This document shows, one piece after another, positions 9,056 to 17,517 of a DNA stretch of 24,000 nt. Below the pieces are notes generated by a model, which saw only the letters and a list, made by a program, of their open reading frames with translations, ran no database searches and was not told the DNA's origin. Origin of the DNA: Myxosarcina sp. GA_180221_E-2-1-MAG-40_15 (lineage in GTDB: Bacteria; Cyanobacteriota; Cyanobacteriia; Cyanobacteriales; Xenococcaceae); the NCBI GenBank assembly GCA_020692205.1, contig JAIMKV010000018.1, positions 594 through 24,593 of the forward strand. The letters are read 5' to 3'. Numbering within the stretch: position 1 is the stretch's first letter; each line of letters opens with the position of its first letter. A program made the translations under genes and the position numbers.

Positions 9056-11182
9056 ATGATTAATAATATAGTTAATGTTATATTTTGTTTGACTGTTGTT
9101 GGAATGGCAATTTGGATTGGGATCAAGGAACGAAAATTTTCAAGTGATTATCAAAATAAAGATTTTGTCGTAGTTAAGAACTCTATCAAAGAGTTAACAG
9201 AATACAAACGAGAACCAAGAAATAATTTTATACAAGTTCAAAAAGAATCGACTGAAATTATCAGATGGCTTGCTCAACATCTCAAAGGAGAATCCAGGTC
9301 ATTAGCTTTCAAGCCAGAACAAGATAAAAATGGCGATTTTATTTTACTTTCCTACCCATCTATTCTAGGAAAACCCGTACCTCGAAGTCCTGTTAGCTTT
9401 GCTCCTGCTTTATTAACCGCAATTGGTATTCTAGGAACTTTTACTGGTATCTTCTTGGGTTTACAAGGAGTAGATTTAGGGAATCTTAGCGAAACTCAAG
9501 CACTGATAGAAGCTAGTCAAAAGCTATTAGCAGGAATGAAAACAGCTTTTGTGACTTCTTTATTTGGGATGGGTGCTGCTATCTTTTTTATTTTATATTT
9601 ATCTTGGAAAGAGAGAAAACGTACTAAAATTCGCAATGATTGGCGTAAAAAACTAAGTAACATTGCTTTTGTAGAAAGTCCTAATCATCTTTTATCTCGT
9701 TTAGATAATGAAGGAAATATAAAAGTTGCTAAAACACTTCAGAGTGTAGCTGATAATTTATCTGGTTTTAATGCTGATGTAATTGCAAATGCCATTAAAA
9801 ATGCGATCGCGCCAATAGTTTCAGAAATAAAATATTTAGAAAAAATTGATCGACTGATAGATAATACATCAAGTTTATCTGATTTAACTCCTAAGGCGAT
9901 CGCCTCTGCAACAACGGATAAATTTACACAATTAATTAATCCCATTTCTCAAGAAATAAAACAACTTCGAGAACTTCAAGAAAGTCAGGGACAAACTGTC
10001 GAAACTTTAGTTAAACAACTGCGTAACGAGTTGATTGAACCTGTTGTTATTAGATTAGATCAAAGCGCAGCATTAACCAAAGAAGCGTCCGCAGCAGTAA
10101 CAGATTTGAAAAATGAATTAGGCGGTATTAGCCAAAATTTAGCAGGTGCGGTAGAAACCATTCAAAGTTTCCAACAAGATACTCTAATTCGTCTTCAAGA
10201 ATTTGCTGCTAACTTACAATCTATTCTCGGTCAATTCCGTACCGATACTCAAGGAGTAATGGAACAAGTTGCTGTAGAAATTCAGCAAGCAGTCAACCAA
10301 AGCATTACAGGAATGGAAGCACAACGTACTGCCTTTGAAGCTAGCGCAAGTCAAGCATCCCAAACTTTTAGAGGAATTAGAGAAGACTTACAAGCAGCAC
10401 TTGATACCCAAGCCGAACAGCAAAAACAAATGTTACATGATGTTCAAACCTCTACGGAAAGCGTTCTAGTTAAAGCTAACGAAGCCTTCTTGAATCAGTC
10501 TAATACTCTAGTAACAGTAGGAAAAGAAGCTTCGGGATTAATGAGCGAAGCTAAAGCTAATTTTCTTGGCACATTAAGCAATATTGACGGAATGCTGCAA
10601 AATACTCGTCTTACAGTCCAACAGGAATTAGAACAATTCCGTCTTGACTATCAAGCAGCGTTGCAAGATTTCTTTACCCAGCAGAATAATCTACTGAACG
10701 ACACCTTAGGAGAACAAAGAGAAGGGTTAGCAGGGGTTGTAGTTAATCTACAGCAAACATTTAGTGAAGAAGCAACACAACGAAAAGAAATGACTACACA
10801 AGTAGACCAGAGTTTAGACCGAATCGGGGAAACCGTCAAAACTGTAAATACTTTAGCTAGTGCAATGGGAATGACTTCTAGTGAACGTTTGGGTCAATTA
10901 CAAGAATTAGCACGAACTATTGGTAATGAAGCACATCGTGTAGAACATAGTTATCAAAGTATGACTGAACAGTTTAATAAAGCTCTATTAGATGGCAACG
11001 AAAAGCTAAATGACTACCTCAAACAAGCTGATGAAACTTATACCAGAAGTATACAAGATGCAGATAAAGCTGCCGCTGAAGTCTGTACCAAGTTAAACGA
11101 AACTTCTCACGGTTTGATGAATACAGCAGAGTTTTTAGTATCTGCTGCCACAGAACTAAAGAATAGTAATGGAGGTAAGTAA
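9056..11182 (+). CDS. zorA: ZorA-like MotA/TolQ/ExbB-family proton-channel protein with very long coiled-coil tail
   Basis: 708 aa; N-terminal TM, FAPALLTAIGILGTFTGIFLGLQGVDLGN…LLAGMKTAFVTSLFGMGAAIFFILYLSW motor-type domain, then ~500 aa predicted helical/coiled coil; GGAAG-type RBS upstream. Confidence 0.85.
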   Translation: MINNIVNVIFCLTVVGMAIWIGIKERKFSSDYQNKDFVVVKNSIKELTEYKREPRNNFIQVQKESTEIIRWLAQHLKGESRSLAFKPEQDKNGDFILLSYPSILGKPVPRSPVSFAPALLTAIGILGTFTGIFLGLQGVDLGNLSETQALIEASQKLLAGMKTAFVTSLFGMGAAIFFILYLSWKERKRTKIRNDWRKKLSNIAFVESPNHLLSRLDNEGNIKVAKTLQSVADNLSGFNADVIANAIKNAIAPIVSEIKYLEKIDRLIDNTSSLSDLTPKAIASATTDKFTQLINPISQEIKQLRELQESQGQTVETLVKQLRNELIEPVVIRLDQSAALTKEASAAVTDLKNELGGISQNLAGAVETIQSFQQDTLIRLQEFAANLQSILGQFRTDTQGVMEQVAVEIQQAVNQSITGMEAQRTAFEASASQASQTFRGIREDLQAALDTQAEQQKQMLHDVQTSTESVLVKANEAFLNQSNTLVTVGKEASGLMSEAKANFLGTLSNIDGMLQNTRLTVQQELEQFRLDYQAALQDFFTQQNNLLNDTLGEQREGLAGVVVNLQQTFSEEATQRKEMTTQVDQSLDRIGETVKTVNTLASAMGMTSSERLGQLQELARTIGNEAHRVEHSYQSMTEQFNKALLDGNEKLNDYLKQADETYTRSIQDADKAAAEVCTKLNETSHGLMNTAEFLVSAATELKNSNGGK

Positions 11183-11184
11183 TT

Positions 11185-11886
11185 ATGAACTCTTTTGAAC
11201 AATTTGAACCAGATACAGAAGCAGAAGAAGATAACTCAGGTATTTGGTTATCTATCAGTGATTTGATGTCAGGGTTATTAATGTTTTTCGCTTTGTTATT
11301 TATTGTCGTACAAGTTCAGCTTCAGCAGGAAATAGTTAAAGCGCAAAGACTAGAAAGAGAACTAGAAACTTATAAAAGAGTAATCGATCAATTACCTTTA
11401 AGAATAATTAGTGCAATCGAAGGTAAATTCGGAGAAGGTATTCTGGAAATCGATCCAAAAACAGGAGATGTAAAAATAGGCGATCGCATTCTTTTTGATG
11501 AGGGAAGTGCAGAATTAAAACCCGCAGGAAAACAGTTTCTTAAAAGATTTATTCCTATTTATAGTGATGTAATTTTCTCCGATAAACTTTTTGAAAGTCA
11601 GATCACTCGTGTAGTGATAGAAGGTCACACTAGTTCTAAAGGTTCTGATAAAGCTAACATGGAATTAAGTCTCAGACGTGCTTTATCGGTATCTGATTAT
11701 ATTTTTTCTGAACAACTTAATTTCAAAACAAAACAAAAATTTCAGCAAAAAATTCTGGCATCTGGAAGAGGCGAAATAGATGCAGACAAGAGTAAAGATA
11801 ATTCAAGCGATCGCAAAGTTGTTTTCCGTTTTCAATTCCGACAAGTAAACTTTGATGATTTAGAGAAAGATATTGTCAAACCATAA
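11185..11886 (+). CDS. zorB: ZorB-like OmpA/MotB-family protein
   Basis: 233 aa; single N-terminal TM with ISDLMSGLLMFFALLFIVV (plug/ion-binding Asp) and OmpA_C-like peptidoglycan-binding region (ILFDEGSAELKPAGKQFL…RVVIEGHTSSKGSDKANMELSLRRALSVSDYI); 2-nt gap to zorA. Confidence 0.87.
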   Translation: MNSFEQFEPDTEAEEDNSGIWLSISDLMSGLLMFFALLFIVVQVQLQQEIVKAQRLERELETYKRVIDQLPLRIISAIEGKFGEGILEIDPKTGDVKIGDRILFDEGSAELKPAGKQFLKRFIPIYSDVIFSDKLFESQITRVVIEGHTSSKGSDKANMELSLRRALSVSDYIFSEQLNFKTKQKFQQKILASGRGEIDADKSKDNSSDRKVVFRFQFRQVNFDDLEKDIVKP

Positions 11887-11894
11887 CTATAAAA

Positions 11895-13385
11895 ATGAAT
11901 ATTCAATTTCGTAAAATACATTTACCTCCACTTCCAAAAGTTAATGCTCATGCTCTAACTAAGTTAGTAGGAAACGACAATAATGGCTTAATGACTCCAG
12001 TTTTACCTATTGGCGTATCTAAAAGCCAAATTGTTTCTCGTTCTAATTTAGATGAAATTATTGAAGATATTGAAAATGGCAACAATAAGAAGATCACACC
12101 TTTAGAATGGATTCACTGTCTTTATAACAAAGATAAATGGGATGCCAAAAACCCAAACAAAAGTATATCTACATCGGAAGCAATTTGGAAAGCAGCAGAA
12201 CAAAATACTTGGTTAAAACAAAGATTATTTTGGAACTTAGTTCTTAATTACGATGGTCAAAAAGTTTTGGCTTCGTCTTTAGTAAAAACTTATTCTGTGT
12301 TTTCATCTCAAGATGCGAGAGACAGAATGAGATTATTGATAATTAAATCTTTTCAATTAGAAAAGCCAATGATTGGGTTAATCAAACTATGTTGTAGGCA
12401 ATTATTGACTCCGCGTGAACTATTTTTTCAACATCAGCTTCCTAGCAAAATTCTTATTATTAAAGAATGCTTAACTCTTGTTGTTTCTCAATTTTCTAAA
12501 ATTACTTCTCCCAATCAGCAACAAGTTGATTGGCTGTTAAGATGCCTTGAAGAAATGAGTCAAGAACAACAAATTAAAGCCGTAGAATCTTTGCTTACTT
12601 TAGTCGATCCTCAAGTTGGTACAAAACACTCAGAAATAATTGATTGGTTGCGTCAATATTATGCTTCTTCTAACTCTAACTCTCGTTGGAATGAACTGTC
12701 TTCAGAAGCTAAAGCAGCAATGCGAAAATGGCTTGGTGCAGTCAGTTATCAAGATTTCCAAAAATTAGCAAATCTTGTTTTGGATCGAGTACGCTTAGAA
12801 GACCACGAACATAGACGATTAAAAAGCCGTAGTGGATTTTGGTCAAACTATAGCGATCGCTTTGAACGTATTCGTATATTATTACCTAAAAGTTCAGTCA
12901 ATATTTTAGGCAATTACCTTAATCATCAAGATGTCAGTATCTTACTAAATGATGGCAGCGATTCGACTGAAGTATGCATCTTTGATTTTGGAAACTGGTT
13001 CTTAGTAGAGTTTTTTAGAGGTAATGGTAGCGAAACTCGGATTTTCAGAAAAGATACTGAAAGTGAACAAAAACTATTTCACTCTCAATTATCAATTAAA
13101 AAACTTCGTTGCTTAGATTCAAATAATGGAATTCACGATCATGAATTTTGCTGGCAATATTTTTGTGAACAATTGTTGAGAACTAAAAATATTTTTCCTA
13201 ATAAAAATATTCAGTACTTTAAAGGCTTATCTGATGAACATGGCAAATACAACCGACAAACAGGATTACCAAAACCATCATCAAACGACTTATCAAAGCG
13301 AAAGTATAAAGTAGAAAGATGGAAGCAAACAATGGTTCAGTTAGAACAAGAAGCAAAACAGTATTGCGACTACAATCAAACATGA
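11895..13385 (+). CDS. zorC: ZorC-like (EH-signature-type) protein
   Basis: 496 aa, third core gene following ZorAB by 8 nt; C-terminal half has RLKSRSGFWSNYSDRFERIR, FDFGNWFLVEFFRGNGSETRIFR, HDHEFCWQYFCEQLL resembling EH-signature proteins; assignment partly by gene context. Confidence 0.65.
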   Translation: MNIQFRKIHLPPLPKVNAHALTKLVGNDNNGLMTPVLPIGVSKSQIVSRSNLDEIIEDIENGNNKKITPLEWIHCLYNKDKWDAKNPNKSISTSEAIWKAAEQNTWLKQRLFWNLVLNYDGQKVLASSLVKTYSVFSSQDARDRMRLLIIKSFQLEKPMIGLIKLCCRQLLTPRELFFQHQLPSKILIIKECLTLVVSQFSKITSPNQQQVDWLLRCLEEMSQEQQIKAVESLLTLVDPQVGTKHSEIIDWLRQYYASSNSNSRWNELSSEAKAAMRKWLGAVSYQDFQKLANLVLDRVRLEDHEHRRLKSRSGFWSNYSDRFERIRILLPKSSVNILGNYLNHQDVSILLNDGSDSTEVCIFDFGNWFLVEFFRGNGSETRIFRKDTESEQKLFHSQLSIKKLRCLDSNNGIHDHEFCWQYFCEQLLRTKNIFPNKNIQYFKGLSDEHGKYNRQTGLPKPSSNDLSKRKYKVERWKQTMVQLEQEAKQYCDYNQT

Positions 13386-13421
13386 TCTTGACTTTTTTGA
13401 AGAATCTTAATCGAACTTAGA

Positions 13422-13501
13422 TATTGAAAAATTATTGGAACTATATGCTGGTTTATAACCCTGAAGTAGGAAAATTATTTAAGCAGATCAGTGAACAGTG
13501 A
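13422..13501 (+). repeat. Direct repeat, right copy: orphan slt 3'-end fragment (LKNYWNYMLVYNPEVGKLFKQISEQ*)
   Basis: In-frame translation matches the last 25 residues of the slt product with mostly synonymous differences over the core, but no gene body is attached. Confidence 0.88.
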
Positions 13502-13529
13502 ACGCAAATAACTTTCTCTAGCTTAAATA

Positions 13530-15230
13530 ATGGTCAAAATCATCAAACAGACAGCATCAATGCAGACGAGAGATCGCGTTAGATTAGATGCAGATATCTA
13601 TCGTCCTGACACGGATGAGAAATTACCGATTCTGTTGATGCGCCAGCCTTACGGTAGAGAAATTGCCTCGACGGTGGTTTATGCTCATCCTCGTTGGTAT
13701 GCAGCCCAAGGTTACATAGTGGTGATTCAAGATGTGCGGGGTAGAGGAACATCTCAAGGTGAGTTCGATCTGTTTACCCACGAGGTTACTGATGGTTTAG
13801 ATACGATCGACTGGGTGTCTCAATTACCTGGCAGTACAGGAAAAGTAGGAATGTACGGTTTTTCTTATCAGGGAATGACACAGCTATATACCGCAGCGCA
13901 TCAGCCAGAATGTTTAAAGGCGATCGCTCCTGCTATGGTAGCCTACGATCTTTATACTGATTGGGCTTATGAAAATGGAGCATTTTGCCTGTTTGCCAAT
14001 TTAGCCTGGGCAATTCAACTAGCGGGGGAAACAGCACGTCTTCAAGGAGATGAAGCAGCTTATTTAGAATTACGCGCTGCTTCTCGTAATTTGCCGTTAA
14101 ATGGCTCGATTCCTGCCAATCCCGAACTGATGAGAAAACTAGCTCCCAACTCTTTTTATCACCAATGGTTAAATAACCCTAATCCCAATACGGAATATTG
14201 GCAACAGCGATCGCCAAAATATTTTTTAGCCAACGTAGATCTTCCCATGCTGCACATTGGCGGATGGTTCGACCCTTATTTACGGGGAACATTAAATCTC
14301 TATCAGGCAATGGTAGCTCAAACTAAGCAACCCCAACATCTTTTAGTTGGACCTTGGGCGCATCTCCCTTGGGGTAGAAAACTGGGTGCAGTTGACTATG
14401 GTATTGAAGCGCAAAATCCCATTGATGATATTCAAATTCGCTGGTTCAATCATTGGCTTAAAGATCAAGATACAGGACTACTGCAAGAAGCACCGCTGTC
14501 TCTATTTGAAATGGGCAGTAACCAATGGCGAGAATTTGATAGTTTACCTGACAATCAGCAAATTTATTACTTAGCTAGTGATGGACAAGCCAGTATTAGA
14601 GAAGATAGCGGCATGCTTTGGAAGTATGAAGCGACGCTCAATATTTCTCCTCATGAGTTATTAGATACCAATCTTAGTCAAACGATTATAGAATTTGAGC
14701 CTAATACAGATATTTTAGTTCATGATCCTTGGCGACCAGTACCCGCACTAGGAGGTCATTCTGCCTATCCTAGCGGCTCGTTTGACCGTTCTGCTTTAGA
14801 CTGTCGTTCAGATGTCTTAACCTATACTTCTGCTCCTTTAGAATCAGATTTACACCTCGCAGGAGCGATAACGTTAGAAATCTATTGCACTGCGGAAAAT
14901 TCTAGTTTCGATCTTTGTGCTGTTCTGTCTACGGTTAACTCAGACAATGCCGTGTTTAATTTTACTCAGGGTTATATTCGCGTAGTTACCTCGGATTTAA
15001 ATACCAACCTAATTAAAATTCCTTTGCAGGCTACCTGTATGTGTATTGCAGCAGGGAAGAGCTTGCGTCTTAGTCTAAGTGCCGCCTGCTTTCCTGCCTA
15101 TCCCGTCAATCCTGGTAATGGCAAACTAGCTTACGAATCACGTTTGCTCGATGAGTCGGTAATCACCTTATTAATCCATTCAGGAGACAACCACCCATCA
15201 AGATTAATGATGAACTTCTCGACTAAATGA
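13530..15230 (+). CDS. CocE/NonD family hydrolase (X-Pro dipeptidyl-peptidase-like)
   Basis: 566 aa; LDADIYRPDTDEKLPILLMRQPYG, GYIVVIQDVRGRGTSQGEF, GKVGMYGFSYQGMTQ, HIGGWFDPYLRGT, LVGPWAH. Confidence 0.92.
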   Translation: MVKIIKQTASMQTRDRVRLDADIYRPDTDEKLPILLMRQPYGREIASTVVYAHPRWYAAQGYIVVIQDVRGRGTSQGEFDLFTHEVTDGLDTIDWVSQLPGSTGKVGMYGFSYQGMTQLYTAAHQPECLKAIAPAMVAYDLYTDWAYENGAFCLFANLAWAIQLAGETARLQGDEAAYLELRAASRNLPLNGSIPANPELMRKLAPNSFYHQWLNNPNPNTEYWQQRSPKYFLANVDLPMLHIGGWFDPYLRGTLNLYQAMVAQTKQPQHLLVGPWAHLPWGRKLGAVDYGIEAQNPIDDIQIRWFNHWLKDQDTGLLQEAPLSLFEMGSNQWREFDSLPDNQQIYYLASDGQASIREDSGMLWKYEATLNISPHELLDTNLSQTIIEFEPNTDILVHDPWRPVPALGGHSAYPSGSFDRSALDCRSDVLTYTSAPLESDLHLAGAITLEIYCTAENSSFDLCAVLSTVNSDNAVFNFTQGYIRVVTSDLNTNLIKIPLQATCMCIAAGKSLRLSLSAACFPAYPVNPGNGKLAYESRLLDESVITLLIHSGDNHPSRLMMNFSTK

Positions 15231-15424
15231 AAACGGAAAAGATAACTTATCTGAAATAAGATCTCCCTAGCAGTCAAACCTACAAAAATTAATACTTACT
15301 TGCTAGCCAAGACATTCTGCATATTTGATTCAAAAGTAATGATGAAAAATATGAAAGAGAGGAAACACCAGAATATTGAATAACTAAAACGTTTGTTTCA
15401 CTGCCTCCTCTCTAATCAAATCAA

Positions 15425-15586
15425 TTATTGACCAGCATCAGGAGCTGGTTCAGCACCAGGAGTTGGTTCAGCACCAGGGGCTGGGTCAGTAGCAGGATCT
15501 CCTGTTTCTGGGGTGGCACAAGAAGTTACCAAGCCGAGGCTTAAAATAAAAGCAGCAAACAAAGTTCCTAAATATTTGATTTTCAT
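15425..15586 (-). CDS. Small putative lipoprotein with GAEPxP repeats
   Basis: Reverse-strand 53-aa ORF MKIKYLGTLFAAFILSLGLVTSCATPETGDPATDPAPGAEPTPGAEPAPDAGQ*; lipobox-like LVTSC, AGGAG RBS; not in the supplied ORF track. Confidence 0.7.
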   Translation of the reverse strand: MKIKYLGTLFAAFILSLGLVTSCATPETGDPATDPAPGAEPTPGAEPAPDAGQ

Positions 15587-15846
15587 GTTTTTCTCCTAGT
15601 GAAAACTTAAGTTGAAATTATTTTACTGAAGCAAATTATCTAGTTGCTCTTAGTACACGGTTAATTTAACCAAACAGATGAAAATTTTCTGATAAGGCAT
15701 CATTAAAATCAATCAAACTTAATTAAATCTTTATGTTGCACTAGTAGATTTGACAAGAGTTTGATAAATTTACTGAAAACGCTCCGTAGAACGTCTTCTT
15801 TTTATTTAAAATATAATTAAATATTAAGAAATATAAATTTAGTTAT

Positions 15847-17361
15847 ATGGCGACCGCTCTTAAAAGTAAGCAAACTTGTATCGTAGTTGTTGGGGCCGGT
15901 ATCGGCGGATTAACTGCGGGAGCGCTATTAGCCAAACGTGGTTATCAGGTAAAGATCTATGACCAAGCGATTGTGCCTGGGGGATGCGCCTCCACTTTTA
16001 AGCGTAGTGGTTTTACCTTTGACGTGGGAGCAACTCAGGTAGCGGGATTAGAGCCTGGAGGAATTCATCATCGCGTTTTTCAAGAATTAGCAATTCAACC
16101 GCCTCGGGCTACCGATTGCGATCCCGCCTGTGCTGTGTTCTTACCTGGAGAAACCGAGCCGATAAATGTCTGGCGAGATCAGGATAAGTGGCAAGAAGAA
16201 AGACAAAGACAGTTTCCTGGCAGTGAACCATTTTGGAATTTATTGAATCGTTTATTTGAGGCAAGCTGGCGTTTTCAAGGGCGAGACCCAGTCTTACCTC
16301 CTCGTAACCTTTGGGATTTATGGCAGTTAGTTTCCGCAGTCAGACCAGATACTTTAATTACTGTTCCCTTTACCTTAATGACTGTTGCCGATGCTTTAAA
16401 ACTATACGGCTTAGATGGAGATCAACGACTAAAGATTTTTTTAGATCTGCAATTAAAGCTTTATTCCCAGGTAGGGACAGAAGAGACAGCCTTATTGTAT
16501 GCAGCTACAGCCTTAGCGGTTTCCCAAGCACCCCAAGGACTATTTCATCTTGAAGGAAGTATGCAGGTATTGAGCGATCGCCTAGTAACGGGTTTAGAAA
16601 AGTATGGTGGTAAGCTGATGATGCGCCATAGCGTTGAACAAATCCACACTAAGTCAGGAAAAGTTACTGGAGTGACTGTCCGCAACCAGAAAACTGGTGC
16701 AACTTGGATCGAAAAGGCAGAGGAAGTAGTAACAAACGTTACCGCGCAAAATTTAGTTAAGCTGACTGATGATAAATCCCTGCTAAATTATCAACGTCGA
16801 GTCGAAAAGCTGCCTCAACCATCAGGAGCATTTGTAGTTTACCTAGGAGTTAAACGAGAAGCAATTCCCGCCGACTGCTCTCCCCATCTCCAGTTTCTTT
16901 ACGATCAAGATGAAGTAATTGGTGAAAATAACTCCCTGTTTGTTTCAGTTAGCAAGCCAGGAGATGGACGCGCCCCCGAAGGACAAGCAACGCTGATTGC
17001 ATCTTCTTTTACCGATGTTGATTTATGGTGGAAGGATGATCGTGACTATGACCAGATTAAACAACAGTATACCAAAGAGGCGATCGCGCGTTTAGGATCG
17101 TATTTTAACCTCACTCCAGAAAATATTATTTACACTGAAGCAGCAACCCCCCGAACTTTCGCTAACTATACGGCTAGGGAAAAAGGGATTGTCGGTGGTT
17201 TAGGACAGCGTATTTCTACCTTTGGGCCTTTTGGCTTTGCCAACCGCACTCCAATTAAACATCTTTGGCTGGTGGGAGATTCTACGCACCCAGGAGAAGG
17301 TACAGCAGGAGTAAGTTATTCAGCTTTAACTGTTGTCAGACAAATTGAAGCGGGTATTTAA
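15847..17361 (+). CDS. crtD: FAD-dependent carotenoid desaturase/isomerase family; most like C-3',4' desaturase CrtD
   Basis: 504 aa; VVVGAGIGGLTAGALLAKRGYQVKIYDQAIVPGGCASTF and C-terminal HLWLVGDSTHPGEGTAGVSYSALTV; subfamily choice CrtD vs CrtH/CrtO is tentative. Confidence 0.7.
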   Translation: MATALKSKQTCIVVVGAGIGGLTAGALLAKRGYQVKIYDQAIVPGGCASTFKRSGFTFDVGATQVAGLEPGGIHHRVFQELAIQPPRATDCDPACAVFLPGETEPINVWRDQDKWQEERQRQFPGSEPFWNLLNRLFEASWRFQGRDPVLPPRNLWDLWQLVSAVRPDTLITVPFTLMTVADALKLYGLDGDQRLKIFLDLQLKLYSQVGTEETALLYAATALAVSQAPQGLFHLEGSMQVLSDRLVTGLEKYGGKLMMRHSVEQIHTKSGKVTGVTVRNQKTGATWIEKAEEVVTNVTAQNLVKLTDDKSLLNYQRRVEKLPQPSGAFVVYLGVKREAIPADCSPHLQFLYDQDEVIGENNSLFVSVSKPGDGRAPEGQATLIASSFTDVDLWWKDDRDYDQIKQQYTKEAIARLGSYFNLTPENIIYTEAATPRTFANYTAREKGIVGGLGQRISTFGPFGFANRTPIKHLWLVGDSTHPGEGTAGVSYSALTVVRQIEAGI

Positions 17362-17517
17362 AGTCTACAAGATGAATGCAAATAACGTGGCACTATTTAA
17401 TTCCAACTCGTGATTTTCCCAAAATTTCCTTGTTCTAAAAGGCTGATCGCGCCACAATATAAAAATATAGAAAAGTATTTATACTCAGATAATTATTCGC
17501 TTAAAAATCCATAAATA

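Noticed and set aside
9739-10839. Minus-strand ORFs 9739..9945 and 10651..10839 inside zorA, considered as antitoxin or regulator genes
   Set aside because: Short, embedded antisense to the ZorA coding sequence, no motif or RBS supporting translation.
14347-14574. Plus-strand ORF within the CocE gene in another frame
   Set aside because: Alternate-frame noise in a well-supported CDS.
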